Below are positions 16,153 to 24,553 of a stretch of 49,927 bases of DNA, piece after piece. Positions within the stretch are counted from its first letter, which is position 1, and every line of letters starts with the position of its first letter. The notes beneath the pieces are model-generated. The model saw only the letters and a list, made by a program, of their open reading frames with translations. It was not told the DNA's origin and made no database searches. Source of the stretch: Dehalococcoidia bacterium (GTDB lineage: Bacteria > Chloroflexota > Dehalococcoidia > E44-bin15 > DAOWNJ01). The stretch spans positions 1 to 49,927 of the forward strand of contig DAOTXZ010000028.1 in the NCBI GenBank assembly GCA_034435115.1. The letters are read 5' to 3'. Made by a program: the position numbers and the translations under genes.

Positions 16153-19100
16153 TTGGCTAAACCATCTAAAGTCCTAGTCATCGGCTCGGGGCCGATCGTA
16201 ATCGGGCAGGCGGCGGAGTTCGACTACGCCGGAACCCAGGCGTGCAAGGCACTCCGCGAGGAGGGGGTTACCAGCGTGCTGGTCAACTCCAACCCCGCCA
16301 CCATCATGACCGACGAGGGAATCGCCGATATCGTCTATATCGAGCCATTAACCGTTGAGGTTCTGGAGCGCATCATCGCCCGCGAGCGCCCCGATGGTCT
16401 CCTTCCCACCCTCGGCGGTCAGACGGGGTTAAATTTAGCCGTTGAGCTCGCCGATGCCGGCGTCCTCGATAAATACAATGTGCGCTCCCTAGGAACGCCC
16501 ATTGAGACCATCAGAAAGGCTGAGGATCGGGCCTACTTCAAAAAGACCCTCCTGGAGATCGGCGAGCCAGTGCCTGAGAGCGAGACGGTCACCACCGTTG
16601 GGGAGGCGCGAGAGGCGGCCAAAAAGATCGGCTTTCCCGTGGTGGTACGCCCCGCCTACACCCTGGGCGGAACCGGCAGTGGTATCGCCAAAAACATGGA
16701 GGAGCTGGAGAGGATTGTATCCGGAGGGCTTCGAACCAGCCCGATAGGGCAGGTTCTCATCGAAAGTTGCGTTCTGGGGTGGAAGGAGATCGAGTATGAG
16801 GTGATGCGCGATGGGGCTGATAACTGCATCACCGTCTGCAACATGGAGAACATAGACCCCATGGGGGTGCACACCGGGGATTCGATTGTAGTCGCCCCTA
16901 GCCAGACGCTAACCAATAAAGAGTACCAGATACTGCGCTCAGCCAGCCTCAAGATCATCCGCGCCCTGGGGATTGAGGGGGGGTGCAATATCCAGTTCGC
17001 CCTCCCCCCAGGACCGGTTGTCGCTGAGGCATGGTCGTTGAAAAGGAACCGGGAGAATTCGAGCCCATATTATGTCATTGAGGTCAACCCTAGGGTGAGC
17101 CGGAGCTCGGCACTAGCTTCAAAAGCCACCGGATACCCGATTGCCCGTGTCGCCGCCAAGATCGCTGTCGGCAAGAGGCTCGATGAGATTGCCAACCGGG
17201 TAACCGGAAAAACAGTCGCCGCCTTTGAGCCAGCGCTGGACTACTGCGTGGTCAAGATACCGCGGTGGCCGTTTGACAAGTTCCCCTTCGGCGACCGCAG
17301 TATTGGCACCCAGATGAAGGCGACCGGTGAGGTGATGGCTATCGATCGCTCTTTCGAGGCAGCCTTCCAAAAAGCGGTGAGATCCCTGGAGATGGGCGGC
17401 AAGTCCATCCTGTGGGAGGATCAGAAGTGGGGTGATGGCTCCTATCCCCTTGAGCCAAACGCTCTGAGGCTGTGGGCGATAATGGCGACACTGAGGCGAG
17501 GGATAAGCCCTGAGGAAGTCTCAAGGCGCACCGGCATCGATCCTTGGTTCATCTATAAGTTTCAGAACATCGTGGAGATGGAAAAGCGCCTCCTCTCCGA
17601 GCCGCTTACCCCGTCACTCCTCCGACAGGCGAAGTGCCTTGGATTCTCCGATGAGCAGATCGGGATCCTGGCCGACAGGCTCCCGGAGCAGGTGAGAAAA
17701 CTCCGCCATGATTGGCGGATTCGCCCTGTCTACAAGATGGTGGACACCTGCGCCGCTGAGTTCGCCGCCGAGACCCCCTATTTCTATAGCACCTATGAGG
17801 AGGAGAATGAGGCCGAGCCGATCGCGGAGCCGAGCGCTGTTGTCATCGGCAGTGGCCCGATTCGCATCGGCCAGGGGATCGAGTTCGATTACTGTAGTGT
17901 TCATTCCGCCTGGGCGCTCCGTGAGGCTGGGATAAAGAGCATCATGGTCAACTCCAACCCGGAGACGGTCTCCACCGACTTCGATACCAGCGATCGGCTC
18001 TACTTCGAGCCCCTTGATGAGGAAAGCCTGAGGGATATTATAGAGAACGAGAGTAGACTGCCCGAAAAAGTGCCACCCTCGATCGTGCAATTTGGGGGGC
18101 AGACAGCGATAAACCTGACCGAGCCCATCTCGCGCAGCGGCCTCCCCATCCTTGGCTCCAGCGCCGAGGTGATTGACCTGGCAGAGAACCGCCGTCGATT
18201 TGAGGACTTCCTTGACCGACTGGGCATCCCTCAGCCACCGGGGGCCGCGGTAACCTCCGTTGAGGATGCCCTCACTGTAGCCAAAGCCATAGGCTACCCA
18301 GTGCTGGTTCGCCCAAGCTATGTGCTTGGGGGAAGGGCTATGGAGATCGTTCACAACCCCAGCGAGCTAATCCGCTATATGACCATGGCCGTAGAGGTGG
18401 GCAACGGGCGCCCCATCCTCATCGATAAATACCTCGAGGGAAAGGAGGTGGAGGTTGATGCCATCTGCGATGGGGAGAGGGTGCTCATCCCCGGGATCAT
18501 GGAGCACATTGAAAGGGCTGGGGTGCATAGCGGGGATTCCATGGCAATTTACCCCGGCCTGAACCTCAGCGAGCAAGAGGTGAAAACCCTTGTTGATTAC
18601 GCCATAAAAATCGGACTCGGCCTCAAGGTAAAGGGGCTAGTGAATATCCAGTATGTGATCATGCACAATGAGGCTGAAGGCTCCACGGTCTACGTTCTAG
18701 AGGCAAACCCCCGCGCCAGCCGAACCGTCCCCTTCATCTCAAAGGTTACTGGCGTGCCCATGGTGCGCATCGCCACCCAGGTCATGCTTGGGAAAAGCCT
18801 AAAGGAGTTGGGCTATGAGTCGGGGCTTTGGAAAAGACAGAAGCTGGTAGCCATCAAGGCGCCGGTATTCTCCATGTCCAAGCTTATAGGGGTGGATACC
18901 TATCTTGGGCCTGAGATGAAGTCCACCGGGGAGGTGATGGGGATCGATTACACCTTCGCCGCCGCCCTGGCCAAGGCATTGTCAGCCGCTGGCTTGATGC
19001 TGCTACGCAAGGGAGCCATCCTCCTTAGCATCGCCGACAAGGATAAGCCTGAAGCCCTTCCAATCATCAAGAAACTATTCTCGATTGGCTACAAACTCTA

Positions 19101-19428
19101 TGCCACTGAGGGGACAGCGCGGATGATCCAGGCAGTGGGAATTCCGGTTAAAGCGGTGAGCAAGAAGCTGAGCGAGGGTCACCCCAATGTCGTTGACATT
19201 ATTCTCGATGGCACCGTTGATGGGGTAATAAATACTTTGGGTGGAGAGACCACCCCGCTAAGGGATGGCTTTGAGATCCGCCGTGCCGCTGCCGAGAAGC
19301 GCATCCCTTGTTTCACCTCCCTAGATACCGCCAACGCCGCTATAGAAGCACTAGTGAGTAGAAACCAGATCTATAGTATCCAGCCACTAAAGGAATATCT
19401 AGTAAAACCTCGAAGAGAAGGTGGCTAA
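16153..19428 (+). CDS. carB: Carbamoyl-phosphate synthase large subunit
   Basis: Duplicated ATP-grasp halves ([19 protein letters not shown] and [18 protein letters not shown]) and a C-terminal MGS-like domain. TTG start after GGGGGTGAGG. Confidence 0.96.
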   Translation: MAKPSKVLVIGSGPIVIGQAAEFDYAGTQACKALREEGVTSVLVNSNPATIMTDEGIADIVYIEPLTVEVLERIIARERPDGLLPTLGGQTGLNLAVELADAGVLDKYNVRSLGTPIETIRKAEDRAYFKKTLLEIGEPVPESETVTTVGEAREAAKKIGFPVVVRPAYTLGGTGSGIAKNMEELERIVSGGLRTSPIGQVLIESCVLGWKEIEYEVMRDGADNCITVCNMENIDPMGVHTGDSIVVAPSQTLTNKEYQILRSASLKIIRALGIEGGCNIQFALPPGPVVAEAWSLKRNRENSSPYYVIEVNPRVSRSSALASKATGYPIARVAAKIAVGKRLDEIANRVTGKTVAAFEPALDYCVVKIPRWPFDKFPFGDRSIGTQMKATGEVMAIDRSFEAAFQKAVRSLEMGGKSILWEDQKWGDGSYPLEPNALRLWAIMATLRRGISPEEVSRRTGIDPWFIYKFQNIVEMEKRLLSEPLTPSLLRQAKCLGFSDEQIGILADRLPEQVRKLRHDWRIRPVYKMVDTCAAEFAAETPYFYSTYEEENEAEPIAEPSAVVIGSGPIRIGQGIEFDYCSVHSAWALREAGIKSIMVNSNPETVSTDFDTSDRLYFEPLDEESLRDIIENESRLPEKVPPSIVQFGGQTAINLTEPISRSGLPILGSSAEVIDLAENRRRFEDFLDRLGIPQPPGAAVTSVEDALTVAKAIGYPVLVRPSYVLGGRAMEIVHNPSELIRYMTMAVEVGNGRPILIDKYLEGKEVEVDAICDGERVLIPGIMEHIERAGVHSGDSMAIYPGLNLSEQEVKTLVDYAIKIGLGLKVKGLVNIQYVIMHNEAEGSTVYVLEANPRASRTVPFISKVTGVPMVRIATQVMLGKSLKELGYESGLWKRQKLVAIKAPVFSMSKLIGVDTYLGPEMKSTGEVMGIDYTFAAALAKALSAAGLMLLRKGAILLSIADKDKPEALPIIKKLFSIGYKLYATEGTARMIQAVGIPVKAVSKKLSEGHPNVVDIILDGTVDGVINTLGGETTPLRDGFEIRRAAAEKRIPCFTSLDTANAAIEALVSRNQIYSIQPLKEYLVKPRREGG

Positions 19429-19494
19429 CTGAAGCAGGTTCATGGCAAAATCATCTACCATATCGAGCTCTTACCCGGCGTCTATCTCACCTGG

Positions 19495-20211
19495 TTGCAA
19501 GCTGAGGCGGTCTCAGCACTGTCCCAGCCAGGGCAGTTCGTCATGGTGCGCTGTGGCGAAAGCCTTGACCCCCTCCTACGCCGCCCCCTGAGCATTCATC
19601 GCCTCGCCCCGAGCCCCTCGCCAACACAGCTTGCCCTTCTCTTCTCCGTGGTAGGGAGAGGGACCCAGTGGCTGGCCCACCGAAAGGAAGGGGAGATGCT
19701 CGACCTTCTGGGACCCTTAGGCAACGGCTTCTCCATCCATGCCAAAAGCCAGAATCTACTCCTAGTTGCTGGAGGCATGGGGATTGCCCCCCTGGTTTTT
19801 CTCGCCGAAAGGGCAATCGCCGAGGGGCGCTCGGTAACCCTAATTCTAGGGGCAGAAACAAAGGCTAAGCTCTACCCAAAGGACTTGCTGCCTGCAGGTG
19901 TTGAGACTATCATCACCACTGAGGATGGCTCCCATGGCAGAAAGGGGATGGTAACCGAACTCTTGCCCGATTTAGCAGGTCACGCCGACCAGCTCTTCGC
20001 CTGCGGCCCCGCCTCCATGTATCGAGCCATGATGGATTTGAAGGAACTCAAAGGGAAAAGTATTCAGGTGTCGCTGGAGGTAAGGATGGGTTGCGGGCTC
20101 GGGGCATGCCTTGGCTGCGGGATGGAGACAAAAAGGGGCTTCAAACTTGTGTGCAAGGATGGACCTGTATTTGAGTTGGAGGATGTTATCCTAGAAAAGC
20201 TATATCTTTGA
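19495..20211 (+). CDS. pyrK: Dihydroorotate dehydrogenase electron-transfer subunit; the true N-terminus probably lies upstream (see finding)
   Basis: PGQFVMV, RRPLSI and GGMGIAP flavin/NAD motifs. C-terminal Cys cluster CG.GAC.GC for [2Fe-2S]. The first canonical start is TTG 19495. Confidence 0.85.
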   Translation: MQAEAVSALSQPGQFVMVRCGESLDPLLRRPLSIHRLAPSPSPTQLALLFSVVGRGTQWLAHRKEGEMLDLLGPLGNGFSIHAKSQNLLLVAGGMGIAPLVFLAERAIAEGRSVTLILGAETKAKLYPKDLLPAGVETIITTEDGSHGRKGMVTELLPDLAGHADQLFACGPASMYRAMMDLKELKGKSIQVSLEVRMGCGLGACLGCGMETKRGFKLVCKDGPVFELEDVILEKLYL

Positions 20212-21202
20212 GATAGGAAATCGCCTCTTTCCATGTCCGGACGAAGGGATGAGCCCCCACGACCCTGAGGTCACTTGCTTCATGGGGCGTCTTGATATAG
20301 GGGGGGCAACCCAAAACTGCCCATGCTTTCCGCCGTTAGTCCGGCAGTTCACATATAAAGAATGGCTCCCCACTCAGGAAGGATTCCGAACCTTCAGCCC
20401 GTGAGGCAATAAGGCCTAAGGGTAGGTTCGGCTCTACCTTCAGGTAGAGATGCCTGAGCACAGTTTCGCACAGAAGACGTCTCTCGTCAAAGCTTCCCCC
20501 GCTGCACAGGAAGCCGACTTCACTGGCCAGTTGGAGCGCGATTTCAAAGTCGCCCCTGACCAGGTGCTGGCGCGACCTTATCACCTCTATAAAAAGTCCG
20601 GAGGGGTGGGCTGCACAGCGTGGCAATGGGAGAAGAAAGGTGACCAAGTACAACCCAGCGAGGTCCGTTAAGTGGAAGGTGAGGAGGGCTGTCTGGAGAG
20701 AGACAAAGCCTGCGTCTACTGTGGTCTGACGTTAGCAAGAGTGGTAGGCATGGAGGCCGGAGGCGGTGGCTGGCGAGCCTATGATGAGTATGGCGCCCGT
20801 TCCATTTTGATCACCGTACGCCTTTTAGCAAAGGCGGCAATTCAGATGAGGCGAATATCGTCCTGGCGTGGCGCCGACTGCATTTTGAGGAAGTCCATAG
20901 GCCAGCACCCCAGGGCCGCCGTTGACCCCAGACAAGGGAGACTGGCCCTTATGTTTGAAGAGGAGAAGGCGCCGGTATGAATCTGGACTGGTACAAAGTA
21001 AAGCTCACGTAGAGCTTTAGATAGAGAGGTGGCTTCTCACTCTGCAGACGGCCAACAGGTAAGTGTAACATAAAAAAACCTTTGCCTACCTTCCTTGGAT
21101 AAGCAATTCTTTTAACTGGTATTGCGAAACACCCAGTAAGCGCTTCACCATCCTGAAACTCTGAATTGAGAACCCAGCTCGAAACCCGTCAGGTGCTGAG
21201 AT

Positions 21203-21218
21203 TGGCAGGCTGCTTGCT
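21203..21218 (+). promoter_or_regulatory. Sigma-54 type -24/-12 promoter candidate
   Basis: TGGCAG-GCTGC-TTGCT with correct GG/GC spacing. It lies 120 nt upstream of the DUF134 gene, in an intergenic region. Confidence 0.45.
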
Positions 21219-21263
21219 CACAACGGCCTCAGTAGAACTGAGAATAAGCAACGAAAAACCCTC

Positions 21264-21292
21264 TTGACTGTTTGTTGACCAAGTGTTATCAT
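21264..21292 (+). promoter_or_regulatory. Sigma-70 type promoter candidate
   Basis: TTGACT, a 17-nt spacer, then TATCAT, about 45 nt upstream of ATG 21338. Confidence 0.5.
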
Positions 21293-21298
21293 AAATTA

Positions 21299-21312
21299 TG
21301 AGCATATGCTCA
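21299..21312. promoter_or_regulatory. Perfect 14-bp palindrome, candidate operator
   Basis: TGAGCATATGCTCA sits immediately after the -10 element, at the expected transcription start. It lies upstream of a gene for a predicted DNA-binding protein. Confidence 0.5.
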
Positions 21313-21337
21313 CTATGCTGGTAGGGAACGTACTGGG

Positions 21338-21808
21338 ATGCCGAGACCGCCGAAATGTCGCAGGGTAGCCTTTTTGCCGGAGGTGACCTACTTCAAGCCA
21401 GCAGGCATACCGCTAAAGGCTGTGGAAGAGGTACGCCTTTCGGTAGAAGAGGCTGAGGCCATACGCCTCAAAGACCTGGAGGGCCTGGAGCAGGAGCAGG
21501 GTGCGGAGAAGATGAATATCTCTCGCCCCACCTTTCAGAGGGTATTAGCTTCTGCGCGCCAGAAGATAGCCGATGCTCTACTTAACGGAAAGGCGATAAG
21601 GATTGAGGGCGGTAGTTTTGAGATGGCTTATCGGCGATTCAGATGCCTGAATGGTCACCAATGGGAAGTACCCTTTGAACTGATGATTAGCACGCCTCCC
21701 CAGTCCTGTCCGACCTGCAACACAGCAGGCATTGAGCCGCTGTTGCCGGGAATATTTGGCTGGGGTGGAAGAGGCTGGGGGAGACATCGCGGAAGACCCA
21801 TGAGATAG
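21338..21808 (+). CDS. DUF134/UPF0251-type putative DNA-binding protein with a Zn-ribbon and a Gly/Arg/Trp tail
   Basis: Family-typical N-terminus MPRPPKCRRVAFLPEVTYFKPAGIP and HTH-like MNISRPTFQRVLASARQKIA. Then C..H..CPTC and the tail GWGGRGWGRHRGRPMR. Confidence 0.85.
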   Translation: MPRPPKCRRVAFLPEVTYFKPAGIPLKAVEEVRLSVEEAEAIRLKDLEGLEQEQGAEKMNISRPTFQRVLASARQKIADALLNGKAIRIEGGSFEMAYRRFRCLNGHQWEVPFELMISTPPQSCPTCNTAGIEPLLPGIFGWGGRGWGRHRGRPMR

Positions 21809-21839
21809 AACCATGTCGGAGAATAGGTCGGGTAGCAAT

Positions 21840-22308
21840 ATGAAGATTATTGACAACTTGCTCTACACATCAAATTACGAGGCACCGGTAATAGATGTAC
21901 ATCAGGGGCCCTTCCAAACAGTGGTATTGACGCGTAACTGTGGTCTGGCCTCAACCCCTCATGACCCGGGCCCTCATCACAGCAGAAACTCCAGTAAAGG
22001 AGGTCGGGCTGTTGATGGATAAGAACGCCCTGACACTTGCTAGCATGGCTCGCTCTTCAGTCCCTCACGAGGCAGCAATCGGCATGGCAGCTATTAACTC
22101 ACTTATTGAGGTTGATGAGCAACGTTGTGTCGAGCTTAACGCTGGCGACCTTCTTGCTTTAGAGGGGCAAGGCAAGAGAGTAGCCATAGCCGGTCATTAC
22201 TATGAGAGGGGCAAACGATGTTCACCGTTGACAGCAATAAATGTACGGGATGTGGCGCCTGTATTGGTGTTTGCCCACAGAGAGCTATCAGCGTCCAGGA
22301 CAACATAG
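21840..22308 (+). pseudogene. DUF4213/DUF364-type (putative metal-chelation Rossmann) gene, frameshifted and 3'-truncated
   Basis: MKIIDNLL...CGLASTPH lies in one frame. ETPVKEVGLL...EAAIGMAAINSL...KRVAIAGHY lies in the +1 frame, with the shift near 21975-21985. The reading then degenerates where the ferredoxin gene begins. Confidence 0.6.
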
Positions 22309-22601
22309 CAGTGATAGACCACCGAATCTGTAGCCAATGCGGAAGCTGCGCTGAGATGTGTCCCACTGGCGCTATCTGTGTCCTGGAGCCGGTGTATGCA
22401 AAATCAGGGAAAGGGGGTGATAGCATGAGAGGAAGAGGCTGGTTTGGTTGGGGATATCCAGGCTGGGGAAGGGGCAATCCCTATCCCTTCTGCCGGTTCT
22501 ATCCTTGGCTACCCCGGAGATGGTGGGCCTATGGTTGGGGTGCTTACCCGCAAATAGCACCTCTCTACAGCCCGGCGTTCAGGCCCTACCGATGGTGGTA
22601 A
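22218..22601 (+). CDS. 2x[4Fe-4S] ferredoxin with a ~55-aa Gly/Arg/Trp/Tyr/Pro-rich tail
   Basis: CTGCGACIGVCP and CSQCGSCAEMCP motifs. Ribosome-binding site GAGAGGGG. The tail reads RGRGWFGWGYPGWGRGNPYPF...RPYRWW. Confidence 0.8.
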   Translation: MFTVDSNKCTGCGACIGVCPQRAISVQDNIAVIDHRICSQCGSCAEMCPTGAICVLEPVYAKSGKGGDSMRGRGWFGWGYPGWGRGNPYPFCRFYPWLPRRWWAYGWGAYPQIAPLYSPAFRPYRWW

Positions 22602-22641
22602 GGGTTAAGCAAGGTATAAGCAGGAAAAGGAGGTGACAGAC

Positions 22642-22917
22642 ATGTATTACGGATATGGATTTGGCTTCAGGGGTGCTTCTCCACCCTGGCCCTATGTGGG
22701 AAGAGGACGGGGGGGACTTCCTCGGTGCTGGTATCCAGGACTCTGGAGAGCAGCTTATGGCCCACTGCCTTATCCCTTTTATGGGCCAACTCCCTACGCG
22801 CCCCCGCCAACCAAAGAAGCAGAGTTGAACTTCCTGAAAGAGGAAGCAGAGGCAATAAAACAATACCTTGAGGAGGTAGAAACCAGAATCAAAGAACTTG
22901 AAAGCAAAGAGGGGTAG
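22642..22917 (+). CDS. DUF5320-like small protein (aromatic/Gly/Arg/Pro N-terminus plus C-terminal coiled coil)
   Basis: AAGGAGG lies 8 nt upstream of ATG 22642. N-terminus YYGYGFGFRG...GRGRGG. C-terminus EAELNFLKEEAEAIKQYLEEVETRIKELE. Confidence 0.75.
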   Translation: MYYGYGFGFRGASPPWPYVGRGRGGLPRCWYPGLWRAAYGPLPYPFYGPTPYAPPPTKEAELNFLKEEAEAIKQYLEEVETRIKELESKEG

Positions 22918-22988
22918 GCCCGTAATTCCGGCCGGGGGCGGTGTCTGTTGTCACTATTCACTGCCCTCAGCTGGAGGAAAGGAGCGCT

Positions 22989-23465
22989 ATGAAAATCGCG
23001 ATTTCAGCCACAGGTCCAACCTTTGACGCCGAGGTAGACCCCCGCTTTGGCAGGTGTCAGTATTTCATCATTGCTGACCCAGATACCCTAGAGTTTGAAG
23101 CCTTGGAAAACCCCAATATGATGGCTGGGGGAGGAGCAGGGATTGCCACAGCCCGGATGATTGCCAATAAAGGGGTTCAGGTAGTGCTCACCAGCAACTG
23201 CGGTCCTAATGCTTACCAGACCCTATCCGCCGCTGGCATCCAGATAATTTCCGGGGTCTCAGGGAAAATCCGGGAGGCTATTCAAGGGTTTAAGAGTGGA
23301 CGATTTCAGGCATCTGCTCAGCCCGGTGTACCTGCTCATTTCGGCATGGGATCTACCCCCGGAATGGGGATGGGTAGTGGAATGGGAACGGGTCGCGGTA
23401 TGGGACGAGGTATGGGTTGTGGCAGGGGCAGAGGGATGCGTCGGGGTATGGGCGGCGGGGGATAA
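22989..23465 (+). CDS. NifX/NifB-type (dinitrogenase FeMo-cofactor-binding fold, COG1433) protein with a Gly/Met/Arg repeat tail
   Basis: MKIAISATG...DPRFGRCQYFII...GAGIATA family pattern. Ribosome-binding site GGAGGAAAGGAG. The tail reads GMGSTPGMGMGSGMGTGRGMGRGMGCGRGRGMRRGMGGGG. Confidence 0.85.
   Translation: MKIAISATGPTFDAEVDPRFGRCQYFIIADPDTLEFEALENPNMMAGGGAGIATARMIANKGVQVVLTSNCGPNAYQTLSAAGIQIISGVSGKIREAIQGFKSGRFQASAQPGVPAHFGMGSTPGMGMGSGMGTGRGMGRGMGCGRGRGMRRGMGGGG
23341..23462 (+). repeat. Imperfect GGN-ATG-GGN / GGN-CGN-GGN codon repeat encoding the GMG/GRG tail
   Basis: Direct reading of 23341-23462 shows reiterated ggaatgggg/ggtatggg/ggcagaggg units in frame with the CDS. Confidence 0.6.
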
Positions 23466-23489
23466 AAAAAAGGGACTTTCGGAGGTGCA

Positions 23490-23684
23490 ATGATGCCCAG
23501 AGGAGATGGAACCGGGCCGCCTACAGGGCGTATGATGAGAGGTGGCAGGATGGGCGGTAACCGCGCTGGACCCGGCGGGAACTGTATCTGTCCCAGTTGT
23601 GGGACAAGGGTGCCGCACCAGCAGGGCACACCATGTTACAGCATTAGCTGTCCGAAGTGTAGAACCAGGATGGTGCGGGAATAG
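23490..23684 (+). CDS. Small Zn-ribbon protein with a DUF5320-like Gly/Arg/Met N-terminus
   Basis: GGAGGTG ribosome-binding site. N-terminus MMPRGDGTGPPTGRMMRGGRMGG, then CICPSCG...CPKC (four Cys). Confidence 0.7.
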   Translation: MMPRGDGTGPPTGRMMRGGRMGGNRAGPGGNCICPSCGTRVPHQQGTPCYSISCPKCRTRMVRE

Positions 23685-23686
23685 AA

Positions 23687-24553
23687 GTGATTATCTCGGT
23701 AGCCAGTGGCAAAGGGGGAACGGGCAAGACATTGGTAGCTACCAGCCTCGCCCTTTCCTTGAAAGATAGATACAGGGTGCAGCTTCTTGATTGCGATGTA
23801 GAGGAGCCGGACGACCATATCTTCTTAAGACCAGTCATTACCCACAAAGAAGTGGTCTCCATTCCGGTTCCCAGGGTAGATGAGACCAGGTGCACCTACT
23901 GCGGCAGATGTGCTGAGGTCTGCGCCTACCACGCCATTGCTGTTCTCCCTAAGAACGTTCTTGTCTTCCCTCAACTTTGCCATGGCTGTGGCGCTTGCTC
24001 TTACCTCTGCCCGGAAAGGGCTATCTTGGAGGAGGCAAGAGAAATCGGCGTGGTTGAGACCGGGCACTCAAACGGACTGCACTTTGCCCAAGGGAGACTT
24101 ATTGTTGGTGAGGCCATGCCCACCCCTGTAATCAGGAGAGTAAAGGAAAAGGCCAGCGCTGAAGGGATAGTCGTCATTGATGTCTCCCCGGGAACGTCAT
24201 GCCCGGTAGTCCAGGCGGTTAGGGGCAGTGACTGCTGTTTGCTTGTGACTGAGCCAACCCCCTTCGGTCTTAGCGACCTGGTTCTGGCAGTAGACATGGT
24301 GAGAGAGCTCAAGATACCCTGCGCCGTTATTATCAATCGCGCCGGGAGAGCAGACGGGAGGGTAGAAGAATACTGTCAAAAAGAAAACATACCTGTGCTT
24401 CTTAGCATTCCCCTGGATATGGAGATTGCACGTCTCTACTCAAGAGGAGTACCTCTGGTCGAGGGTATGCCGCATTGGAGGGAGAGCTTCCTCAGGCTTT
24501 TTGACCATGTTCTGGAGATAATAAATGAGAGAAGTCGTGGTCTTAAGCGGTAA
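23687..24553 (+). CDS. MinD/ParA-superfamily P-loop ATPase with an inserted 2x[4Fe-4S] ferredoxin domain (COG1149 type), copy 1
   Basis: Deviant Walker A SGKGGTGKT. CTYCGRCAEVCAYHAI and CHGCGACSYLCPERAI are inserted after the P-loop. GTG start. Confidence 0.9.
   Translation: MIISVASGKGGTGKTLVATSLALSLKDRYRVQLLDCDVEEPDDHIFLRPVITHKEVVSIPVPRVDETRCTYCGRCAEVCAYHAIAVLPKNVLVFPQLCHGCGACSYLCPERAILEEAREIGVVETGHSNGLHFAQGRLIVGEAMPTPVIRRVKEKASAEGIVVIDVSPGTSCPVVQAVRGSDCCLLVTEPTPFGLSDLVLAVDMVRELKIPCAVIINRAGRADGRVEEYCQKENIPVLLSIPLDMEIARLYSRGVPLVEGMPHWRESFLRLFDHVLEIINERSRGLKR

Noticed and set aside
17614-18354. Long antisense ORFs inside conserved genes. Examples: 246 aa opposite carB; 2975-3481 opposite mvhG; 9495-10253 opposite the kinase and rpoN; 42265-42804 opposite rpoC; 47526-48134 opposite purH; and many in 51-2232 opposite hdrA.
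   Set aside because: The sense strands carry unmistakable conserved motifs along their whole length. The antisense products are Pro/Ser/Arg/Gly-rich with no motifs or start context. They are typical shadow frames of GC-rich coding DNA.
20471-20480. A minus-strand GUGCGAAAC sequence that could be a group II intron 5' end.
   Set aside because: I saw no domain V-like hairpin (AGC..GAAA..) and no reverse-transcriptase ORF in the ~330 nt available downstream.
20887-20901. GAGGAAGTCCATAGG, reminiscent of the RNase P RNA P4 strand (GAGGAAAGUCCGGGC...AUAGG). AAAGTCCGGAGG near 20595 is similar.
   Set aside because: The other universally conserved RNase P blocks were not found on either strand nearby. 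These include the ACAGAA-CCGGCUUA 3' P4 strand and the GGUAAGAGCGCACC-type region.
23259-23629. Minus-strand ORFs with PRP/PIP repeats (for example PIPRPIPRPVPIPLPIPIPG) that could look like a proline-rich repeat protein.
   Set aside because: They are the reverse complement of the GMG/GRG tail codons of the NifX-like gene and the Gly/Arg N-terminus of the Zn-ribbon gene. Both of those genes have strong ribosome-binding sites and recognisable domains.
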